Shown: piece by piece, positions 52,738-62,595 of the stretch | How the letters are laid out: each line of letters begins with the position of its first letter | How positions within the stretch are numbered: the first letter of the stretch is position 1 | DNA from: a virus | Lineage: Duplodnaviria > Caudoviricetes | IMG/VR virus record: IMGVR_UViG_3300021963_000130 | Location: 1 to 62,595 of that record | Strand: one strand, 5' to 3' | Length of the DNA stretch: 62,595 nt | Translations under genes and position numbers: made by a program | The notes under the pieces: model-generated | The model's input: the letters and a program-made list of their open reading frames with translations, nothing else | What the model was told of the DNA's origin: nothing | Database searches by the model: none

Positions 52738-54981
52738 CTACCTACGCCCATCAGGGCGAAGGTCAATACGAGGGATGCCCAACTGCCACTGCACCCCCAA
52801 CGTGTCTGAGCTTACTTGGAACGCCATCTGACGACCGCGAATCCTGACATACACCTGCTGAGTAAACTGCTGGATGGCATAGGTTCTTTGGCCTTGGTAG
52901 TTCTGCGTGCTGATGACAGACGGATCGTTGGATGGGCCGTAGTTTGCACCGGGATTGGCGCGGGGCAGCACGGTAAACATACATGATGGTAGATTCACGC
53001 TTGAGCCATCAAACGACAAGTCAGGTATCAGTCTCCAGACAAAGCCAAAGTTATGCCCGTCCCCAATATCGAAGTCAGACGATGTAACAGTAGAGGCAAT
53101 AGGAACTGAAGGGTTTACTGTACCGTCATCAACACCGCTTTCATGGTAAACAAGCAATGTATTTGCACTTCCGCCAGCTACACCATAGGTTGCTGCCACT
53201 GGGTATGCGCGAAGCGCACTGTCCAACCAAGCTGTACGACCTTGAGGTGAGCCTAGATAGTTATTCCAATCACCGTAGTACCAAACATTATCCACATGGT
53301 TGTAGATCACATAGCGGTCGATCACGGTCGAATTAGCAGAACAGTACTGCCACCAGACTTCGTTGTAACCTTCGTTCGTTCCCGCCATAAATTGATATGA
53401 CTGAGTAAGGTTGATGTCACTATAAACATATTCACGCAAGGTAGACACTAGCGTCTGAACTCGACCTGAGTACATATAGAACTTATCCGTACCCATCCAA
53501 TAGGTAATATTGTTGGCGGTCGCTATTGCATTTGGCCCAGCAATAGATATGTTGTCGCCCATGATCTGGAAGCCCCAGACATACGGTGGGCCAAGGTACT
53601 GCATGGAATAAATAGCTGAATCAGTCAGCACCAAAATCTCTTGGCGGGTCTGGATGGCAGTCACAATGGTAGAGCCGTGGCTCAATCGGTAGCTACCTGC
53701 TTGGTTTGTAACAGCCGGATACCACGTAATAAAACTTTCTTGGTTCGACCAGTAAATTAACAGCGGGTCTTGAACTAAGCTGCTGGCTACAGAGTCGTTG
53801 CACCCAAAGGCAATAACAAAGCGTGAGGCATCAGATACCATCACAAAGTTGGCTACTGTTGGGCAGTAAGCATCCGCAGTAACAGTTCCTGCTTTGGTAA
53901 CTATAGAAGCACTTGGGCCAAGTAACTGACCCCGGTTGAATGTGCTGGCTGACGCAGAGTTTGCCCAGTAGTACAACGCGCCACCACGGGCGTTAAAAAT
54001 TAAATCTTCACCAAAGTTTGAATGGCTCCACAGGCGAAGCTGTACGCCAATGCCCACTGTAGCAGGCGAACCCCAGCCAATAAAGTTTGTAGATTGAACA
54101 ACAGATGTTCCGTTTGTATGGGTAGTAGCTGCGCCTGAGCCTGTACCGCTTAAACCGCGAGTACAGCCCGTGAATGTTGTAGCAGTTACGCCGGTATAAC
54201 TAATAGTCTCTGAGTCAATTAAAATCCTGCCAGTGGTCGTAAAGCCCGTGGTCGATGTCACCGTCACTGTAGTGTTTGAGTTAGATAGTGTGCCGCCAGA
54301 AACTACCGTTGTCACAGCACCTGTGATGATGCCGCCCCAAGTACCAGCGCCCCAGCCTACGTTCTGTGAAAAAACATCCTGACCTGATGTAAGCTGGTAT
54401 GCGCCTACAACCGAAGCGCCGCCAGTACCTGTATCACTTGCATTAGCAGCAACTGAAGACTGGATCGTGTATTGGTTGGAGCTTACATAGGTAATCTGAA
54501 ACTCAGCATTGAGTATGGTGGCTGTAATAGTTCCACCCAAAGATACCGCGCCGCTAAAAGTCACAAAGTCGTTGGTCTGTGCGCCGTGGCCTGCGTCAGT
54601 TACTGTGATTGTTGTTGACCCGTTAGAAGCAGCAAAGGTCACCTCACCTGCGGTGGTGGTGCTGCGCAATGGTGTTACGTCATACGACAAACCATTTGTG
54701 CCGTTTTGAATGTAGTACTTTAAGTTTGTGCCTACAGCCAGCAGGTTATATCCCGCTAAGTTAAGCCAGTTCCACATGCCTCGGGCAACACCCCACAGCG
54801 TGCCAGTTGTTGGTTTTAGCGTAGAGTTGTTTGTACCAGTGTCGGCCGTCCAGCCGCCAATCTTTTCTGCCTGACCAGAACGAAAACGGATTTTGTTGGA
54901 CGCATAGTACCCGCCCTCATTGGCGTAAGAGGTGCTTTCTCTGTTTACACCGGGACGAAGGGCAAGTTTCTGGATTGGCAT
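52738..54981 (-). CDS. Tail nozzle / DNA stabilisation protein (P22 gp10-like)
   Basis: 747 aa beta-propeller-like; ends R..LRPDGRR; upstream of ejection genes. Confidence 0.7.
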   Translation of the reverse strand: MPIQKLALRPGVNRESTSYANEGGYYASNKIRFRSGQAEKIGGWTADTGTNNSTLKPTTGTLWGVARGMWNWLNLAGYNLLAVGTNLKYYIQNGTNGLSYDVTPLRSTTTAGEVTFAASNGSTTITVTDAGHGAQTNDFVTFSGAVSLGGTITATILNAEFQITYVSSNQYTIQSSVAANASDTGTGGASVVGAYQLTSGQDVFSQNVGWGAGTWGGIITGAVTTVVSGGTLSNSNTTVTVTSTTGFTTTGRILIDSETISYTGVTATTFTGCTRGLSGTGSGAATTHTNGTSVVQSTNFIGWGSPATVGIGVQLRLWSHSNFGEDLIFNARGGALYYWANSASASTFNRGQLLGPSASIVTKAGTVTADAYCPTVANFVMVSDASRFVIAFGCNDSVASSLVQDPLLIYWSNQESFITWYPAVTNQAGSYRLSHGSTIVTAIQTRQEILVLTDSAIYSMQYLGPPYVWGFQIMGDNISIAGPNAIATANNITYWMGTDKFYMYSGRVQTLVSTLREYVYSDINLTQSYQFMAGTNEGYNEVWWQYCSANSTVIDRYVIYNHVDNVWYYGDWNNYLGSPQGRTAWLDSALRAYPVAATYGVAGGSANTLLVYHESGVDDGTVNPSVPIASTVTSSDFDIGDGHNFGFVWRLIPDLSFDGSSVNLPSCMFTVLPRANPGANYGPSNDPSVISTQNYQGQRTYAIQQFTQQVYVRIRGRQMAFQVSSDTLGVQWQLGIPRIDLRPDGRR

Positions 54982-54983
54982 TT

Positions 54984-55325
54984 TTAACCCACGTTACGCT
55001 CAAAATGAGGGCAGTCCACAAGATTGGAAAAGTTTCCGCCCCAGCGGTTTTTGATGTTCAATGACTCCCAGTATGCGCCCAGCGGAGCAATGGTCGCCTT
55101 GTCCCAGATTATCTTCCCATCCGCAAAGAAGTTCAAGTCTATGGCGCACCGCTTGAGGTGGATGGACTTCATGGTCTTAGACCGGCCTGTCTTAACATAG
55201 ATAGCTTGCTGTTCTGGGGTACGAGCAAGTTCACCACCTGTGACTTTAAAACCTAACGCAGTGGCGTAGGTAATGAGTTTGCAAGCATCCAGTAGGAATG
55301 CGGCTTGTTCGTCAGATAGGCTCAT
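54984..55325 (-). CDS. Endolysin, peptidase M15 family
   Basis: RTPEQQ...S.H....AID...WGG....D.PHFE. Confidence 0.85.
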   Translation of the reverse strand: MSLSDEQAAFLLDACKLITYATALGFKVTGGELARTPEQQAIYVKTGRSKTMKSIHLKRCAIDLNFFADGKIIWDKATIAPLGAYWESLNIKNRWGGNFSNLVDCPHFERNVG

Positions 55326-55819
55326 TTATTACCCTTTCGCAAATTGTCTACTGCTGGAATTACTCTCAGGTTTTCATAAACATGGAACCCGCCACGACTC
55401 AAAGGAATTATGTGGTCAACATGAAAACGCTCTCCCAAAGACATCGCTTGATAGAAATCTCTTAAAACATACAGCTGTCGTATTTCAGCAGAAGTTTCTC
55501 CAGCAAGCAAAGTTCTGCGTTTTGCGCAATTGGCAAGGATTCTTGCTTTGTTTTCTGTTCTATCTTTCTTTTTCCACTGCTGTACTTTTTCAGGGTTGTT
55601 TGCTCTATAAAGGTTGTTTCTTTCTAATTTTGCTTTGTAATTCTTTTTTGTGCTTTTTTCTACCGCTTGTCTATGGGCTTCTGGATTTTTTGCTCTTCGC
55701 TCACGCATTATTTGAGCAAAGCACATTTTGCAGCGTGACTGCACTCCTGATGGCTCTCGTTTGTCGGGGCTAAAATCTGTAAAAAGTTTTTGTACTTTAC
55801 ACAAAGAGCAAATTTTCAT
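55322..55819 (-). CDS. HNH endonuclease with N-terminal zinc finger
   Basis: CSLC/CKMC; HVDHIIPL..GG.H..ENL......N. Confidence 0.85.
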   Translation of the reverse strand: MKICSLCKVQKLFTDFSPDKREPSGVQSRCKMCFAQIMRERRAKNPEAHRQAVEKSTKKNYKAKLERNNLYRANNPEKVQQWKKKDRTENKARILANCAKRRTLLAGETSAEIRQLYVLRDFYQAMSLGERFHVDHIIPLSRGGFHVYENLRVIPAVDNLRKGNK

Positions 55820-56331
55820 CGGGCTTTACTCCGAATTTCTGTAATTTTTTCAACTGTTCTTGAGCCAAAATAAGCGCCAAACACAAGCATACCCCAGTTT
55901 CCAAGCAAGGTGACGTAGGACTCATTTGCGTTTAGACCGTAGGCAGACATCATGGCAAACAGGAAATATCCCAAAAAAATGGCAATTAAACTCATAGGGC
56001 GTATGTTTTTGGACAGCCAAGAGTCGGATGCCATATCGGCCTGCCAGCGATCTGTGATGTTGTCAGCATCGTTTTGCGCAGCCTTAGCCAGTAAATCGAT
56101 CTCAGCTAATTCCAGCTTGGCTTTTTCAATGCCCAGTTCAAGGAGTTTTTCTTCGTGGTCAAACTGAAGCTGGCGCAGCTTGGAGACATCTTCCGGCGTT
56201 GGATTATCTGGAATCTTCACGCCCAGCGTGTTCTCAACGACTTCTTTGCCTTTGGCTTGAATGGCAGATGACAACAGGCCAAGCCCGTTTTCAGCGAGGC
56301 TACCAAGGAGGGATGCAATTAAAGGCAACAT
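55816..56331 (-). CDS. 3TM-type holin
   Basis: SWLSKNIRP, transmembrane helices, YFGSR. Confidence 0.75.
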   Translation of the reverse strand: MLPLIASLLGSLAENGLGLLSSAIQAKGKEVVENTLGVKIPDNPTPEDVSKLRQLQFDHEEKLLELGIEKAKLELAEIDLLAKAAQNDADNITDRWQADMASDSWLSKNIRPMSLIAIFLGYFLFAMMSAYGLNANESYVTLLGNWGMLVFGAYFGSRTVEKITEIRSKAR

Positions 56332-56489
56332 TATTTTTCCCGTTCTTTCTGTTCAAGCTTTTGCCTGAGTTTTTCTATCTTCTCCACCTGCGCTTTGACC
56401 TCATGCTTGGCTTCTAGTATGTCCATGTATAACATTCCAAGCAGTGGCAGCATCAGCCCAACCAAAACCAAAGCAGCGATCCAGCCCAT
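56331..56489 (-). CDS. Small membrane-anchored coiled-coil protein (lysis region)
   Basis: GGAGAAG RBS and TAATG coupling favour ATG 56489 over 56612. Confidence 0.55.
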   Translation of the reverse strand: MGWIAALVLVGLMLPLLGMLYMDILEAKHEVKAQVEKIEKLRQKLEQKEREK

Positions 56490-57196
56490 TATGTCTTCTC
56501 CCACCGATTCAGCAGGAGGAGCCACGCCCAGAGATACAGGAGGAATATAGTAGTCGCTATCAGGTACGCGGACTTTGCTTGGAGGCTTCTTTGCTTTTCC
56601 CGCCGTAGCCATAGCTTGTACCTCTGCTGTGCTTCCTGTTTCAGCCTTGCCTGTTCCTGCTCCTGACCAATGATCTCCCGCATCTCAAACACTTTGCTGT
56701 ACAACGCGCCCATCTCAGGCGGGGATTGGTACACCATCGTTTCCCTGACCGTCACTATCAATGCTGCCATCTGCTGCTGCGCCATCACTCTTTGCAACGC
56801 AGCCTCCATCAAGTTGGCATCGGGGTCGTAGACGTTTCTGAACTTCTCTTCTTCCTCCCGGATGTGCGTTGCTAGCTGTTCTTCAAGCCTGAATAGCTTT
56901 GTAAGCTGACTGACAATGTCCGCCATGACTTGGGTTTCGTCAACGGCAACGAACTTCTCCGTCTTTTTCGCCACAGGCTGGGGCGATTTTCCCTGTGGGA
57001 CAGGTGCAGCACTTGCACCAAACATTTCTGCCAACTTTGCCCAGAAACCCCTAACCTCTTTTGCGATTCCAATGACTTCGTTAACAGTGCTTTTGACCTC
57101 CATAAAGGAAGTCTTAGCTTGCTTGTACAGACTGCATCCCTGCTTGATAGCAGCAACACAGGCATTTGCGGCAAGAAGAAGGCTGATCGGATCAAT
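56489..57196 (-). CDS. Coiled-coil protein with C-terminal TM; possible ATT start at 57196 (first ATG 57103)
   Basis: GGAG 7 nt before ATT; frame open back to upstream stop. Confidence 0.6.
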   Translation of the reverse strand: MDPISLLLAANACVAAIKQGCSLYKQAKTSFMEVKSTVNEVIGIAKEVRGFWAKLAEMFGASAAPVPQGKSPQPVAKKTEKFVAVDETQVMADIVSQLTKLFRLEEQLATHIREEEEKFRNVYDPDANLMEAALQRVMAQQQMAALIVTVRETMVYQSPPEMGALYSKVFEMREIIGQEQEQARLKQEAQQRYKLWLRREKQRSLQAKSAYLIATTIFLLYLWAWLLLLNRWEKT

Positions 57197-57208
57197 TTCA
57201 TATCTCCG

Positions 57209-58300
57209 TTATGCCGTACGTTCCCACATATACACAACGATATATGGTTGCAGGTTTGCGTTTGTTCCGCTGACACCTGTTGTGGAGTTTGCGACTGTAA
57301 CGCCTGTTGTGGCGGCATTCATATCACCAAGGAAATAGTTTGGGCTTCCACCAGCAAAAATAGTAGGGGTAGCCGTTCCGTATGGGCCTAATACACCTTT
57401 ACCACCATTTGCATTTTGGTGCTGGTGGCCCGGATCAGTTACTGTTGCAGTATGGGTGTGAGATACAACAACTGCATCTGCACTACCACCAGTAGCTCCA
57501 GCAGTAAATCCGCCGCCATTACCAACCATTACCTTGCCTGCGCCAAAGGCCGTCCATGTGCCAAAGCCTAAAGATGTGCCGGGGTTGGTAGCGGCTGTGC
57601 TGGAATAAAGAGCGCCAATGGGGAACAGTAAGTTACCAACCAAAATAGTCAGTGCCGCTGCTGTTGTTCCGCCTGTACCACCATTTGCCAGTGGCAGAGT
57701 ACCTGTAACGTCTGTGGTCAGCACTGCCTGAGCAAACGAAGTGTTTGTACCGTCTGATTTAAGCAGTCGGTTAGCTGTTTGCGCCGGGGCTAAAGCGTTA
57801 AATGCTGCGTTAGCTGTGGTTTGTCCTGTACCACCATTTGCAATAGCCAAAGTTCCAGTTAAGCCTTGCGCCTTTACATCGTATACGTTTGTACCATCTG
57901 ACCAGACCATGATCTTGTCTGCGGCGGCAAGAGATATTCCTGTTCCAGCAGCCGTGGTATTACCAATGACCGTAGAGTTGTAGATCGTAATAGCATAGCT
58001 GGTGTTGTTCCAGACAATGTACTGTTTAGATGAAGGCGGGATGTAAACGCTTGTTGCCGCAGAAGCGCCGGTGAACTTCAGCATGGCGTACACCGCTTGG
58101 TTTAGGTTGGCGGTGGATGATGGCCCGTTGACATAAGTCAGGGCTTGGCTGGTGGACGTAATTGGCACAGCCTGATACCCAGCGATTGCCGTGTCCAGAA
58201 TGTAGGCGAGGTTGCTGTCTGTGGTTGCACCCCATGCACCGGCTTGGTCGCCAGAGCCGATCAGTTCGATCCGCAGATTTGAGGAATAGGTACTACTCAT
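57209..58300 (-). CDS. Tail fibre with HxH-type C-terminal tip domain
   Basis: GTL.IANGGTG repeats; SHTH...GHQH...NLQPY.VVYMW.RTA. Confidence 0.75.
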   Translation of the reverse strand: MSSTYSSNLRIELIGSGDQAGAWGATTDSNLAYILDTAIAGYQAVPITSTSQALTYVNGPSSTANLNQAVYAMLKFTGASAATSVYIPPSSKQYIVWNNTSYAITIYNSTVIGNTTAAGTGISLAAADKIMVWSDGTNVYDVKAQGLTGTLAIANGGTGQTTANAAFNALAPAQTANRLLKSDGTNTSFAQAVLTTDVTGTLPLANGGTGGTTAAALTILVGNLLFPIGALYSSTAATNPGTSLGFGTWTAFGAGKVMVGNGGGFTAGATGGSADAVVVSHTHTATVTDPGHQHQNANGGKGVLGPYGTATPTIFAGGSPNYFLGDMNAATTGVTVANSTTGVSGTNANLQPYIVVYMWERTA

Positions 58301-58309
58301 GGTGTTTCC

Positions 58310-60844
58310 TTAGTTTACTGTTGGAATAACCGACCAGCCTGTGTCAGGGTCAGTATCAATTGGCGACCAAGTTGTTCCGGGGCTACTGTTTATATTTTGC
58401 CATGTAACAGACTGGCTGTCATCTATCAGATTCCACAAGTACGCGCCTAAAACCAAATCAGAAATTGTTGCAGTTTCGGATACAGGGGCGTTGTAAATAC
58501 TACCGGGCGGGGATACGGCGTCTGTGGCTGTAGCTGTTTCTTCTACTGGGGCGTTGAATGTGGATGGCGCTACAAGTGGGGAGTCGGTGGCTGTGGTGGC
58601 CTCGGACAAGGCGGCGGAGAAATCTGCAAAACTCAAGACAGCATCTGTGGCTGTAGCGGTTTCAGCCAAGGCGGCGGAGAAATCTGCAAAACTCAAGACA
58701 GCATCTGTGGCTGTAGCGGTTTCAGCCAAGGCGGCGGAGAAATCTGCAAAACTTATAACGGAATCTGTGGCTGTCGCGGTCTCAAACAGGGTGGCATAGA
58801 AATCCGCGAAACTCAAGACAGAATCCGTGGCAGTGATGGTCTCGGACAGGGCGGCGTAGAAATCCGCAAAACTTAAGACAGCATCTGTGGCTGTAGCTGT
58901 TTCAGCTACAGGGGCATTGAACGTGGATGCGGCTACGCTTGGGGAGTCCGTAACTGTAGCCGTTTCAATTACTGGGGCATTAAATGTAGATGCCGCCACG
59001 CTTGGGGAATCAATGGCTGTAGCAGTTTCTGCTATTGCCGCCGCATATACTACAGCACCAAAATCCCAGCCTGTGTTGTTCCCACCATTTACGTTGCCAT
59101 TGGTTGTAAGTGCTTGCCACGTTGCCCCGCCAGTAGCTGATGATTGGCTGATTGAGCAAAAAGAAACGGAGACAGTGCCGCTTGCCTTGGATAACGTGTG
59201 GCTTGCCGCAGTTGTAGAGCCAATGGTTATCAAGTTTCCTGCTGTGCCTGACAAACTGAAATTGCTGAATGTGTTGGTTGTTCCTGCTACAAACAGGATA
59301 GATGCTGGTTGAACAGTATTGGTGATGTTGCTAAATGTGTTTGAGCCTGTAATAGTCAAATCACCAGCACCACCTTGATTAAGTGTGCAGTTGAATGTAG
59401 AACCACCACCCACAAACCTCTTGGCGGTTGCGGCAGTCATGGAGATCGTGCCAGTGCCTGTACCTGCTGTGGTAGTGAAGTTAGTAGCGGAGCTGTTGTT
59501 AAACGCATTTACATTGGGGTCAGGACAAACTAATGTGCCACCATTGAAGGTCAAATTCTTTGTTCCTGCGTTGGTTGTAAATCCTGTGCCAACAGTTAAT
59601 GTTTTCCCAAACAGATCAATAGTGCCGTTGATTAGAGTGGCGGTTCTTGTAGAACCCATCGTCAGCGCATCTTGAAGTTGAAATGTTCCACCAACTCCAT
59701 TAAAGATAATTGGTCTATCTAATGTCTTTGCGTTAGTGGTAATTGTTTTTGTTCCGCTAGTAGTTCCAAATGTCCATGTACCTGTTCCAGCAGTCAGCGT
59801 CATCCCCGAAGATATTTTTAAATTTCCATAAATAAATACGTTTGTGCCAGATGTGTCATTCCATGTTCCAGCATAGCCTGTAAAGTCAATATTTCTTGCG
59901 GAATGAGTTCCAACTGATAAAAATGTTAACGCATAAGTGCCGCCAGTAAAGTTATAACTTATGGAGTTTGCTTCTGATAATGCACCAGCGTTAATTTGCA
60001 TAGCACTAGAACCTGCTGACGTAACATTAACTACTTGAGTACCTGTTGTTGTTAAATTTGTAGCTGTTAACGTATTCCATACATTACCTGTACCAGTACA
60101 AGTAATATTTCCTGTGCCAAAAGCAATAGTTCTACTGTTTGAGTTGGTAGAGTTAAATCCACCTGTGCTTAGTGTGTATGACTGAAGGTCTAATGTGCCA
60201 TTGGTTAGCGCTGTATTAGATGTTAAGCCTGCTGTAAAAGCGCTTCCTAAAGTCCATTCTCCACCAACGCCATCAAAAGTTATTGCGCCACCAAATGCAA
60301 CCCCATTGGTAGTTACTGTTTTACCTGTTGTCGTAGCGTTAAATGTAGTAGTGCCTGTATATGTGCGAGTAAAGTTTGTGGCTTGAAATGTAAGACTGCC
60401 AGATACTGTCAATCCAATACTTGCACCCGCAAGCGTCATCGTTCCATCAAGACCTGACGCTGTAAAGTCATTACAGACCCTTGGCGTGTTTGCCATAGTG
60501 CAAGTAAATGCCGTTGTTCCACTATTTGAGTTAGCATCAAAAAATACGTTATCTGCCGCAGTAGGGACAGATGCGCCAACAGTAGCCGCACTCATGGCTT
60601 GAGAACCGTAAGTTCCCCCAATAGTTACAACCCATGTATTGACAGCGCCACTAACAATTGTTCCAAGCGACGTATGGTTGTTTGCATATACAGTCATGCC
60701 AGCTACAAGTGCTGGTGATCCAACAGTCGTTAATGTAGTACCTGTACAACTAGCGGTAAAAGATAAACCAGTGGCCGCAGACCAATTGGTTGTTTGAGTG
60801 CTACCCCAAGTACCTGTACCACCTACCCAATAGCGATTAGCCAT
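58310..60844 (-). CDS. Large T/G-rich fibre/spike protein with C-terminal 20-21 aa repeats
   Basis: RYWVGGTGTW start; ETATATD repeats. Confidence 0.75.
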   Translation of the reverse strand: MANRYWVGGTGTWGSTQTTNWSAATGLSFTASCTGTTLTTVGSPALVAGMTVYANNHTSLGTIVSGAVNTWVVTIGGTYGSQAMSAATVGASVPTAADNVFFDANSNSGTTAFTCTMANTPRVCNDFTASGLDGTMTLAGASIGLTVSGSLTFQATNFTRTYTGTTTFNATTTGKTVTTNGVAFGGAITFDGVGGEWTLGSAFTAGLTSNTALTNGTLDLQSYTLSTGGFNSTNSNSRTIAFGTGNITCTGTGNVWNTLTATNLTTTGTQVVNVTSAGSSAMQINAGALSEANSISYNFTGGTYALTFLSVGTHSARNIDFTGYAGTWNDTSGTNVFIYGNLKISSGMTLTAGTGTWTFGTTSGTKTITTNAKTLDRPIIFNGVGGTFQLQDALTMGSTRTATLINGTIDLFGKTLTVGTGFTTNAGTKNLTFNGGTLVCPDPNVNAFNNSSATNFTTTAGTGTGTISMTAATAKRFVGGGSTFNCTLNQGGAGDLTITGSNTFSNITNTVQPASILFVAGTTNTFSNFSLSGTAGNLITIGSTTAASHTLSKASGTVSVSFCSISQSSATGGATWQALTTNGNVNGGNNTGWDFGAVVYAAAIAETATAIDSPSVAASTFNAPVIETATVTDSPSVAASTFNAPVAETATATDAVLSFADFYAALSETITATDSVLSFADFYATLFETATATDSVISFADFSAALAETATATDAVLSFADFSAALAETATATDAVLSFADFSAALSEATTATDSPLVAPSTFNAPVEETATATDAVSPPGSIYNAPVSETATISDLVLGAYLWNLIDDSQSVTWQNINSSPGTTWSPIDTDPDTGWSVIPTVN
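58460..59040. repeat. Intragenic tandem repeat, 60-63 bp unit
   Basis: Lines 58621-58680 and 58681-58740 are identical; flanking copies degenerate. Confidence 0.9.
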
Positions 60845-61023
60845 TAGACTTCCTCAGTAGGAGTTTCTTCAGATGGAGGAGCAGTAATCACAGCAATCCA
60901 GTTATCAAACCTTTGCTGTTTCATGGCTTCAATCTGCTCATCAGACAATCCATGATCGTCAGGCAAATGCAAAGCATCTGAAAATGTTCCGTGCTGAGAT
61001 GGAAAAGAGAAATCAATTTTCAT
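60844..61023 (-). CDS. Small hypothetical protein (possible fibre chaperone)
   Basis: GGAG RBS before ATG 61023. Confidence 0.65.
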   Translation of the reverse strand: MKIDFSFPSQHGTFSDALHLPDDHGLSDEQIEAMKQQRFDNWIAVITAPPSEETPTEEV

Positions 61024-61040
61024 GGACGGCTCCGCAACAA

Positions 61041-61619
61041 TCAACCAGCAAGGCTCAAGGTGTAAGTCACGTTCAGGGTGTCGCCAGAAACAACAGAACG
61101 GTCTCCGGGGGAAGAAAAGTCAGCAGCCGAAAACAAAGTTCCAGTAGTACCAGACTTGGCACTACCGCTAGTCAGAAACGCACCACCAACAGTTGAAGTT
61201 GCATTGATGGTAAATGCCGCCACTGAAGCAGAGTTTGTTGCAACCGAGGGGTTAGCTGTCGTAGCCGTGGCAAACGTACAGGCTACGCGCGTGGCGTTAC
61301 TATACGGAACAACTTCAGTCCAGCCAGCATGGGAAGCCATAGTGTCGCCAGCCGCAGGGGTGTTAGAAGCACCAGCGCCATACAGACCAATATACCAAGT
61401 GGTTATTGCCGTAACGCTAGTCAGCGCAGAACCGGCCATATAAGCCAAACCCGTGTTAACCACAAGATTGTCTTCTTCGGCTTCCCACTTTAACGCGCCA
61501 TCTTTGTCATAGCACGCCATTTTAAATCTGCCAAGCGCAAGTGCGTTATCGCCAGAACGTGTTCCTGCAACTAAACCGCTTGTAACAGTGTCAGTGCTTT
61601 TTACTTTTTCGTTAAACAT
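61041..61619 (-). CDS. Virion structural protein
   Basis: AAGGAG RBS; NLVVNTG...GDTLNVTY. Confidence 0.7.
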   Translation of the reverse strand: MFNEKVKSTDTVTSGLVAGTRSGDNALALGRFKMACYDKDGALKWEAEEDNLVVNTGLAYMAGSALTSVTAITTWYIGLYGAGASNTPAAGDTMASHAGWTEVVPYSNATRVACTFATATTANPSVATNSASVAAFTINATSTVGGAFLTSGSAKSGTTGTLFSAADFSSPGDRSVVSGDTLNVTYTLSLAG

Positions 61620-61630
61620 GAGAGTACTCC

Positions 61631-62056
61631 TTAAATGATGCGAATAATTGCTGATGTGTTTGACACAGCCGGAAACTGTACCGTGAATGTTGTTGTCGAA
61701 GTCTTGTTGGAGCCAAAGTCTAGCACGCATACGGCATCATTGGCCCCGGCTTTGTAGATCAAAGCTCCACGCGCAGTGAGTGCGCCTGTCCACGATGTGT
61801 TTGCAAAAGAAATGTATGCAGTCGTGTTGGGTGAGTTCCCTGTTGTGGGGGTCTGACTTATCGTAAGCACATTGCCCCCAGCCGTATACCCAGTGCCCAC
61901 AACCTCGCCCGTAGTCGTATAAGCCGTGGTAGCGGCATCAAGCGTGGCTGCATTAGTGTACAGAGCCATGTAAAACGTACCGGACGTAAAGTCGAACGTG
62001 CCGTTCAGCAGGCCCGTACGGAACGTATTGCAGGTGTAATTTCCCGTGAACGCCAT
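61631..62056 (-). CDS. Virion structural protein
   Basis: ALYT...GYTAGG...ARGALIY...VLDFG. Confidence 0.7.
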   Translation of the reverse strand: MAFTGNYTCNTFRTGLLNGTFDFTSGTFYMALYTNAATLDAATTAYTTTGEVVGTGYTAGGNVLTISQTPTTGNSPNTTAYISFANTSWTGALTARGALIYKAGANDAVCVLDFGSNKTSTTTFTVQFPAVSNTSAIIRII

Positions 62057-62595
62057 TAACGGACTCCATTATTCTGAGGTAACGGAGCTTGACGGTACTG
62101 GCCGCTACGGTACGCATCGCTGCGTTCCATGCCGTCGCCCAGACGTTTTGCAAGAGCCAAGGCTTCTTTGTACTTGGCATCGTAACCAGTAATGATGTCC
62201 ACTTCACCCTTCATGAAGGTGTATGCTTCCACCAAGGAACCGTAGAGCAGTACTGAATCAAAGTTATCGCCAAGCCATGTTTGACCTGAAGATGCAGTAG
62301 TGATTGACTCTGGGTAATAGTAGTAGTGCAGCTCAACGTTGTACACCGCATCGGGTGTTGGGCCAAGAATAAAGCTCAACTCGTTTGAGATAGTTACACC
62401 GCTTACTGTTGGGCCAAACAATGCGTAATACTTGGGGATGGCTGTATCTGTTGGGGTTGGGTATGCCTGCCGGATAAAATTTACATCTTTATTTAACAAG
62501 TACTCGTAAGCGCCCGTAGCATCAATCACAGCCATTGAATAGGTAGCTAAGAAGTCAGATGGGCATGACAAATACTTGTTGCTGCTAGTTGTTGT
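62056..62595 (-). CDS. Head-tail adaptor-like protein, 5' end truncated by window edge
   Basis: Frame open to 62595; LGPTPD, LLYGSLVEAY. Confidence 0.65.
   Translation of the reverse strand, partial: TTTSSNKYLSCPSDFLATYSMAVIDATGAYEYLLNKDVNFIRQAYPTPTDTAIPKYYALFGPTVSGVTISNELSFILGPTPDAVYNVELHYYYYPESITTASSGQTWLGDNFDSVLLYGSLVEAYTFMKGEVDIITGYDAKYKEALALAKRLGDGMERSDAYRSGQYRQAPLPQNNGVR

Noticed and set aside
1-62595. tRNA genes, integrase, RNA polymerase, reverse transcriptase/DGR, terminal repeats, alternative genetic code
   Set aside because: None recognisable by eye; genes tile under the standard code and the two ends do not overlap.

Overview
Near-complete (~62.6 kb) genome of a tailed dsDNA phage with podovirus-like morphogenesis genes, cut inside structural genes at both ends. 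It has two arms. The minus-strand late arm (62595->37237, continuing 12564->1) carries tail fibre/adaptor genes, a lysis cassette, a nozzle, ejection proteins including a 3045-aa polyvalent protein, terminases, portal, GroES, scaffold, major capsid and a cluster of small basic proteins. The plus-strand early/replication arm (13093->37262) carries many small ORFs, an M28-like peptidase, family A DNA polymerase, a Cas4-like nuclease, SNF2 helicase, an SSB-like protein, an HTH protein and a primase-helicase. I found no integrase, RNA polymerase, tRNA or CRISPR array. The most striking signal is non-coding: a ~100-nt predicted small RNA (12615-12718) with its own sigma70-type promoter and terminator. 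Its single-stranded core UGCUUCUCCU is complementary to the extended Shine-Dalgarno AGGAGAAG(CA) of many early genes, which almost no late gene uses. Other signals: six GGGGAA-N5-TTCCCC palindromes, a TGTCYA-N4-TNGACA operator, two kissing-loop RNA leaders, and a shared hydrophobic-x-x-GG motif in putative internal virion proteins. All family assignments come from motif recognition by eye, not from database searches.
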